Of a DNA stretch of 64,000 nt, positions 54,901 to 64,000 are shown one piece after another. Position numbers and translations under genes: made by a program. The notes beneath the pieces are model-generated. The model was not told the DNA's origin, did not search any database, and saw only the letters and a list, made by a program, of their open reading frames with translations. The stretch lies in assembly GCA_951406725.2 (NCBI GenBank), contig OX597815.1:90644001-90708000 (forward strand). The letters run 5' to 3'. The DNA is from Octopus vulgaris. Its lineage: Eukaryota. Position 1 is the stretch's first letter, and each line of letters begins with the position of its first letter.

Positions 54901-56535
54901 GTAATCATAGTCATAACGTGTTCACATTTAGTCTGTTAATTCTTTTAAAATACATAGTATGAGTTGTGATATGGTGACACTTATGATCACCCGCGATCGC
55001 TGTTAATTGTGTTGGAAGTTAATCATTATGTGTGCACACTACTGAGTGCGCAAGCACATTAAATGTTCGTAAATCAGGAGCTTCCAACTGAGCCATGTTC
55101 TCCATATTAAGCGAAAGTTATTGCGATTTTCCTATTTAGAAAGTAGACATTAGTGTATAAAATGCAAAGCTGTCTGTAGTGAATATGAATTTTCTCTTGT
55201 AATCTTTCATCTTCCAATAGATATTCATATATTCATGCAATTTTAACAAGTAGTAAAAATTAGAATATTGTATATTGCAAACCTAGAGTGTTAATTTCCC
55301 TTTTCCCGTTGTAAGTAGGAAAGAGAGAAAGAAAATGAATGTAAAATATAAATATCAAAATGTATGAATTTAAATAAGATGCCTTTGACGAGGTCAGATT
55401 CTCCATCACAAATATCAACTGGAATCGCTAATGGAAAACGAGTAGGATAGGCTGTGTTATAGATGACGTCTTCTGTACATTTCTTATGATATGATGTATC
55501 AAATTTCAGAATAAACATCCGAGAGATGGAATCAAATAATTAATAAATATGTACAAAGTTGGTGCTTGACATTAAAGAAGTATTTCAGGATTTACAAGAG
55601 AAGCATATTTGATTTTTTTCTTTGTTAATAGTTATCGTTGCAGTTCTTATTGCTTTTTCTATTTATGTATTAAAACATATAGCCTATTAAAACTATAGTC
55701 TAAGTAAAATTTTATTGCAGTAAATTCATGGTAATTATTAATTTCGTCTTCATCACTTTTAAGTTCAAATCCTGAGGCAATTTTATTTAGTGTTCCTCTC
55801 GTCTACAGCGTATAAAGACATTATCACTCACATGCAACATACTTCACTTTATACACTAGTGTTTGCACTGAAGAATTTTATCCCTCGGCTATATTAAGAA
55901 GTCGTTGTTTAAGGCTACTCTCCATTTGTGGTTCTTGTGCATTTGTGTAACACAAGTAGCAAGCCACTCTATATACAAAATACATGCACCTCTCAGAATT
56001 TACGTAGCAAATTTGCCTGAAGAAGAATATGTATACGATGTGCCGATGGTATTCAATCCTGCAGCTTATTGGTTTGATGCGGCAACACAGTAGAAATCAT
56101 TTTCATAATGTTATTGAAAGTAAAATATTCGTTTAAGTTCTGAAGAGGCTTACAAAGTAGATTGAATCAAACGCTTCATGTTATTGAAATTCTCATAAAC
56201 ATTACATCAATGAAGTAAAATATATATATGGCAATGCGGTAGTACTGTACTGTATCTAGGAAGAATGAAGAACCAAAGAGAGATCACCTATGTATTCGAT
56301 TAACATTCTACATAGCAGCCAATTTCCCTAAAACTGAACACAGTAGTCTTTAAAGAAATGAGACACATTATATAATTGCGACAGTAGAAAATGGTGATCC
56401 CTCCATATTTAGACTTGGTGACTATTATAGGAAACTTTTAAGTGAATGTGAAAGTTACATATAACAAATAAGTGAATGGTTATTACATGTGTGTTTTACA
56501 CATCTCGGCTGGTTATTCTTTTCCTGTCAGTGTTA

Positions 56536-57290
56536 CGAGGGTCGGCTGAAAAGTTCATAGGCTGACCAAGATACTCTCATGGAATGTGATAAATTAGGTT
56601 CATTTTTCAACATAGTCCCGTTTGAAGTCCAAAGATTTTTTTCCAATGGCGCTGCAGTGCCTGGATCCCATTGGTAAAGAGGTTTTCATCCTGTTAATCA
56701 AAAAAGCCATCAATAAGATATATTACCTCATCATCATTGCAATACTGACTCCCAACCAGGTGTTTTTTCATGTTGGGGAACAGATGATTGTCAGTTGGGG
56801 CCAAATAAGGAGAATAAAGACATCAATCAGCCAGTTCAGGAGAGGCGTTTCCACTGTAGGGATGGTCTCTTAGTTTCTGGCTCAAAGTGAAGCCAACACT
56901 CGTTCTGGGTTAGGAGATGTTCAAGAAACCAGGTGTATCTGCTTCAGACAATGTCAGATTTCCCCCTGATCAGCCTGGCAGTTTTTGATCAGGTGACAGC
57001 AGATGTGGCATCCACCGAGCAGAAACCTTCCTCATGCAAGGTTCATTGAGCACAATGCTATCAACTCTCTCAGGGGATATTCTAATAGCATTGGGTATTT
57101 GATTTATAATCAATCGCATGTCATCCACCAACATCTGATGAACATTATCAATGTTTTCATCGGTGTTGACAGATGAGAGACGACAATATTTTGGGTCGCC
57201 TTCAAGATTCTCCCTTCACCTCTTAAATTCAGTTGTCGACTTTTGTACTGTTAATAAAGCTGGGGCGTCATTTTCTAATATTGCAACCAT
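56536..57290 (-). mobile_element. mariner-like transposon fragment (one TIR plus degraded transposase 3' part)
   Basis: TA|CGAGGGTCGGCTGAAAAGTTC terminus; minus strand GIQALQRHWKK..DYVEK* matches the mariner transposase C-terminus. Confidence 0.75.
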
Positions 57291-57709
57291 GTCAGACTGA
57301 CTATAGTGTGGCACCGCCTTGAAGGAATACTGTAAATCGACTTCTATCCAATCGACGTCTTATTCTATCCACCACTTTTTGCCGATTCTCAAACATACTG
57401 GGATGCAAACAAAGTAACAGCAGTGAGAAACAAACAAGAGAAGAAACACTGATACTTGCACGCACACACAGACACACACACACGCGCATATACATAAATA
57501 CATGCATACATAAATACATACGTACATAAACATATACATATATCTATATATAGACTTCGCTGTAGTTTCTGGTCACCAAATATTCTCACGAGTAGAATGG
57601 GAGCTATAGTAGAAAACACTATTCAAATGTAACGCGCATCTAAACTACCCGAAACCATATTTCTGAACTAAACTGACACACAGGCACACAGACACACACA
57701 ACTATATAA

Positions 57710-57770
<61 letters not shown>

Positions 57771-59549
57771 TATATATATATACATACATATATAAATCGT
57801 AACTTGTTTACACACGATGATGCAGGGACAGGCCGACATATTAGATAAGCAGCGAGATAGATATGCGAGTATACATATTTTGCATTTTTTACAAGAAAGG
57901 GCTGTCTACAGAAACCGAACGTGTTTCCTTAGTTTGAAGCTAAAGTACGTTTAGGATTACTGATAGACTAATGTACTACGTATAAGTGTTCTCTTAAGTA
58001 AACGTTATTACTCTCGCAGCCTTCGATTGTCAGTGCGTTCTTTTAAAAGAGCGAATTGTATTTACATTTATGATAATCAAACCTGTAATTCCTAAAATGA
58101 CTTCTTGGTGACACATAATCATACCACTTATTGAGAAGGTCAGTTATAGTCCTATCAGCTTTTTAGACTTTTGAATTTCTCTCAATATATACATCATGTG
58201 AATTTCATTAATGCCAATTCTTATTGGCATGAAGAAAACAACATGAAAATTATAACTCTTCGTTCCTGTATATATATTTGCCAAAAACTATTGGATGATA
58301 GACCATATGTAAAATTCTTGTCTATTTGGCACCAAGAGAAGCAAAATTTTGTTCAATTATTCAGCCATTTTCTAAAGAATTCAGTCCTTCCTGCTGTGAA
58401 ATAAATTTGGCAGACAACTAAGTGCTGCAACTAAAATATTCAGACAGTTTTGTATATTATTGGTAAATATATCAGTACATTGTATTAGTTTTACATAAAA
58501 TCCAGAGACGAATACAATAGTGTAATTTATTTTTATTTTCTAAAACTCAAAATTTGCACTGAAGATAGGACAATTTTGCGGTAGAGATAATGCAAAAGCG
58601 TCAAGATTATTTCATTAGGACATACTGTTCTATTCTCAACTTGCTTTTTTTTCTTTTTCTCTTCGAAGAATGAACATAAAGACCGAAACATTTTGTTCAA
58701 AATAGAAAATAAATTAATGTTGATGATCAGACTTCATTTTTGTTATTCAAATGATGCAAAGTTCCACACCTCATAACTTTGATGAATATATGTATAAGAT
58801 CACATCGCTTCTTATCCGTATTCCGTAGTGTTTCTTCGAGCATATATTCTTGAAAGAACTAGCGAAGATCTCGTCTTATTTTGCTGCTTGCACGCCATAT
58901 TTGTGTAACCGAATTGCATACCATTTAAATATATATTCAAGGATTTAAAAAGAATTCAATAGAATAAAGTATGTGTGAAATGAACATCATTACCATTGTT
59001 TGGAGGAATGGACTGTACTATAGAGCAGAGTGAGGGGTGTATCATTTACAATTGACATGTCTTCTTTACAAACAAACACACGTTTGGGTAATTGTCATTT
59101 TGGTTTTCACTCTAATCGTCATTGGTTAATTTCCTTACAGAAGGCTTTAAATTTGTGTAATAGGCAGTGAATCATTCAGCGGAGAAGATCACATCATTCA
59201 AGCTATTACTGAGGAAAAAATATGTATACTGAACGGTACTAGATTTTGGATGTCAACTGATATATTCAGTACCGAAATATAATGATATTTCTTTAAACTT
59301 CCGTTCACTGTATACAATACTCATCTTTATGCATCGTGTAAGGAAACGAGTCACAACCAAATACTTTATTGGATGCTTACCTCGATTCTGACTGTAGGGA
59401 AAGCATTTAGAGATTGTCTGGAAAAAGAAGGTGTTATGAAATGGCTTCTTGTTGTACCCTAGTGATGCATTAGAGAACTTCAAGGAAAATTATCATGACA
59501 ACGTTTCTGTACTTAACTACGTTATCTCACTTTAAGTATAGATATGCAA

Positions 59550-59625
<76 letters not shown>

Positions 59626-59799
59626 ACAAACATAATTTTCGTATGTTTTTTTAGACATTCACTAGTACAACGCTAAATACAAAACCAAATATATGGCACA
59701 CTAGGCATAACAACAACATGAACTTCCAACCTGTTGTCTCTTGAGGTCCCTGTGTGAGACTCGGAGCCAACATGTACAAATATAAAGCAAAAGTCAAAC

Positions 59800-59864
<65 letters not shown>

Positions 59865-59865
<1 letters not shown>

Positions 59866-60713
59866 GCAAACAAGCTGATGTTGACCAGAAGCAAACCCAT
59901 CAGTGGCTACGGAGCTCAGGGCTAAAAGCAGAGAGCGAAGGTTTCATCCTGGCTGCTCAAGATCAAAGCCTATTAACCCGGAACTACCAGGCCAATGTGA
60001 TGAAAAATGGAGCAGACCCAAAATGCCGATACTGCAACGACATGATGGAAACAGTGGACCACCTAATCTCTGGATGTAAAGTCTTAGCTCCAGTGGAGTA
60101 TAAATTAAGACATGACAGAGTTGGCCAATATCTACACTGGCTAATAAGTCGGCATTACAATATCAAAACTGCCGACAAGTGGTATAATCACCACCCTGAG
60201 GCTGTAACTGAAGGAGAAAATGTAACCATTCTGTGGGACTTTCCAGTACATACAGACCGAACCATCAAGGCCAATAAACCAGATATTGTTGTGAAAGACC
60301 AAAACAATAAAGTTTGCTTATTGGTCGACATGAGCATCCCCTGTGATCATAATATCTCAGCAAAAGAGTTTGACAAGCTGAGAAAATATAAAGACCTACT
60401 CATTGAAATTGAGAAAATGTGGCATCTGAAGGCGGTTACAATACCAGTGATCGTAGGAGCACTAGGAATGATCAAGAAGGGAACCGAAAATTATATGAGA
60501 ATGATCCCTGGCTTACCATCCCTGCAAGAAGTGCAAAAGATTGTCTTAACTGGTACATCACACGTATTGAGAAGAGCATTGTCGATGTGAGAACTGTTGC
60601 TGCTCATGTATTTTAATTTAACTTAAAAAATGTATACTATGAGTTTCTTTGCCCTAGGAGTCGGGAAGACACTCGGCAAGAAATGGAAGCAAATTTGAAA
60701 GAAGAAAAAAAAA
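59865..60713 (+). mobile_element. R4/Dong-like RLE retrotransposon 3' fragment in (TAA)n; open frame to 60590
   Basis: WLRSSGLKAESEGFILAAQDQ, CCHC knuckle CRYC..ETVDHLISGC, RHD, RLE motif KPDIVV..LVDMSIP..K..KY, IPVIVGALG; (TAA)n on both sides. Confidence 0.92.
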
Positions 60714-60730
60714 GTAATAATAATAATAAC

Positions 60731-61557
<827 letters not shown>

Positions 61558-62000
61558 GAGTGAGAGAGCAGTTCATGCCATCAAAGTGACACTGGGGTAA
61601 AATATACGAAGCCCAATATAACCATCATGACTACCCGTCTGATAAGGGTACACCAGGCACATGCATCACAACCATATGTGCGCGACATGGTGATCTCATA
61701 TCAAGATAAACAGCACATGACCTTGCAGGTGGGGCCCAGTTAGAATTTTCTTCAGGTTGAGTAGCCCATCCCGCTCAAAAGGTCCCTGAATAAGGGTTAT
61801 TTAAGGATGTTGAAAGAACCACCCATGTTTCCATAGGTGAATTATTCAAACCCCAAAGAATCCCTCTTAACACATGGCTATGATGCTTCCCCACTACTTC
61901 TGCTCGTGATCAGAGATGCACATATCGTTAGCCACTAAGGGACATGCTCAACTGGTTAAGGTCAAACAACTGACAAGCAAATCTGTAGTATTGAGCAGAA
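61558..62000 (-). mobile_element. Unclassified non-coding ~440-bp element embedded in (TAA)n, possibly a non-autonomous Dong-dependent element
   Basis: Higher-complexity block with (ATT)n on both sides and no ORF; orientation inferred from the microsatellite strand. Confidence 0.45.
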
Positions 62001-62006
62001 TTATTA

Positions 62007-62085
<79 letters not shown>

Positions 62086-62099
62086 CATTATTACTGTCA

Positions 62100-64000
62100 T
62101 CATTAATTTATTGTTTTTGCACAACTTCTCACGCTGAAGATGTATTATGGTGTCAGCTGGTCACTATCAGTGAACTAAGGTACTATCCATTATTTTCCAA
62201 GCACCATCCGGAGTATTCGAGCGGTTCCAAGCAGTGCTCTTTTCTGCAAGTGCTCTAACCTTATTGCAGCCCCAATTTGTTCCATGTACTTCTCAAGATT
62301 TTTGCTCCCTCTTCCTAGGGCTTCGACAATTATTGATATTACTACCACCTTTACATCGACCACAACTGCTTAACCTCCCAAGTTAACTTGTCATATCTAT
62401 CGACTTTTTTTTCTTCCTTATCACCTACCTTGTTGAATTTTTGTTGGCGGCTTTTGAATATATATCCAGCCTTTGCTTTCCTCAGTATCATTGTTAGTGT
62501 CATCAGTCCATAATCAGTGGAGAAAGGCAGCTCCCTTGGAAGATGATTCTCCAGATTCCTACTGTCCCTAAACTTCTACCGTATGCTGTTAGGTCTTCCT
62601 CCAATACGACATATTTTTTCAAGCCATCGCTCAACATTCGATGCTATACCAAATAGGTTTATGCATTCCATGATCGAAGAATATGAGATCATATCGTACG
62701 CCTTATAATAATCGATCCATGACATGTTTCAGTTACTTTTCCTCCTTTTGCAATCTCCAAGTACAGTTTAGTCTACAGGGGTTGATCCTTGGTACCTCTA
62801 CACTTACGCTTGCAACCCTCCTGCTCATGTGACAGGACTCCATTTTTTTCAGATGTTCGTACGTTGATTCTGCGAGTATTCCAGATTCCAGTCAATAATA
62901 TCCACATAAGTGGCAGACAGGATATCGGACAGGATGTCTACCGTATTTCCGTTTTCGATGCTTTTGAAGCACAGCACTGCCCTACCTATTGTCAACCACT
63001 CTGGTATTACTTGGTCGGCATTTAACAAATTGTTGATTTGCGCAGCTATCTGTGCATGACATTCACCAAACCTTTCGATCCAGTAGTTTGAACTCCATCT
63101 GGTCCCGGGGCATTCCAGTTCCTCAACTTTTTGCTGATTTCCTTCCCTTACCTAACTGAAATGATTAGTTCTACCTGTTGCGGACAGACTAAAGTTTGCT
63201 TCAGCTCTTACAACCATTCGGCATCCTTCTTGTTGCAGATATCACTCCAAAACCTTTAACTTTCATTGTTATCGGAATCAACTTTTTATCTGTATACTCT
63301 CCATTTATTTCCTTATAGAATCTCTTCTGATCTACTCTGAATAACCTATTTTGCTGGTATTTTTGTTTGCTTTTAAAATCCCCTTTCTCCTGTCGGTGTA
63401 ACACAGAAATATCCTTCACGAGCATATCTAACCATGCCTGTATTCTTCTTTCCACCATGGGTCTTTTCTTTTGTCACTACTATTGTATTTATTTTTCTTT
63501 ACATCAACACCCACGTTCTATGCTACAACAATATTTGCTGCATTGATCAAGTTATTTGTTTCTGTGATGTTCTTTGTTCTGATGCATTTCAGGATATCAT
63601 TGACATTTTTCTTACTAATAATAAGTTCAGCTTCCACCGTTTTAATGTTGAAAATGTTGTCGCTATCGTTCTCCTATAGTCCTGCCTTTATTCTGTCGGA
63701 GATTGCCTTTTGTTCATCTGTCATGTTTCCATTAGTTTTATTGTCTTCTTTTAGATGATCTACATGTCTCTCATCAAGTAAACTACCACTGCTCCTTTCC
63801 TATGCTATGAGATTACTTTTATTAGTAAGAACTATATTTTCATCGGAATCTCTGCTGCCAATTTTCCAAGATCCGTCTTTTGGTAGCTTCGAGCTCTGCT
63901 TCTGTGAACCAACGATTTTTTCTTGTCGCTCTAACTTAATGACATAGTCTCTGTTCCGTGAGTTAAGACAATCACTTTTCCCTCCAATAATCATACATAC
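62100..64000 (-). mobile_element. Degraded R4/Dong-like retrotransposon with internal deletion
   Basis: Minus strand: QQNRLFRVDQKRFYKEI, WNAPGPDGV, PISCLPLMW, QEGCKR..RGTKDQ, WIDYYKAYD, and C-terminal LQKRALLGTARILR. Confidence 0.85.

Noticed and set aside
59754-59864. N-terminus of the 278-aa ORF (poly-Ile)
   Set aside because: Read-through of (ATA)n upstream of a 5'-truncated LINE; not a real protein start.

Overview
AT-rich, gene-poor eukaryotic DNA, probably intronic or intergenic. The repeat content (dense (TA)n/(CA)n/(GATA)n/(CATA)n/(TAA)n microsatellites, tRNA-derived SINEs, Penelope-like elements, R4/Dong-like LINEs) resembles a coleoid cephalopod (Octopus-type) genome; this is an inference. 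Most listed ORFs are microsatellite artefacts. The real coding remnants are transposon-derived: two 5'-truncated Penelope-like retroelements (PLEs) with GIY-YIG endonuclease and inverted terminal repeats (5093-10410, 17489-19975), CR1-like LINE fragments (1-640, 47270-49620), R4/Dong-like RLE retrotransposons (38080-39990, and a (TAA)n-embedded cluster at 59550-64000), an RTE fragment, Tc1 and mariner transposons, a pogo-like MITE and a non-autonomous Helitron. The main hidden signal is a set of about a dozen hammerhead ribozyme (HHR) motifs, some intact and some decayed. They lie in the PLE terminal repeats, in solo remnants and fold-back elements inserted in (TA)n, and in a non-coding 535-bp retrozyme-like unit with a 161-bp terminal redundancy (12485-13180). 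One possible host exon lies at about 2624-3138 (-). All folds were derived by eye; none was computed or tested.
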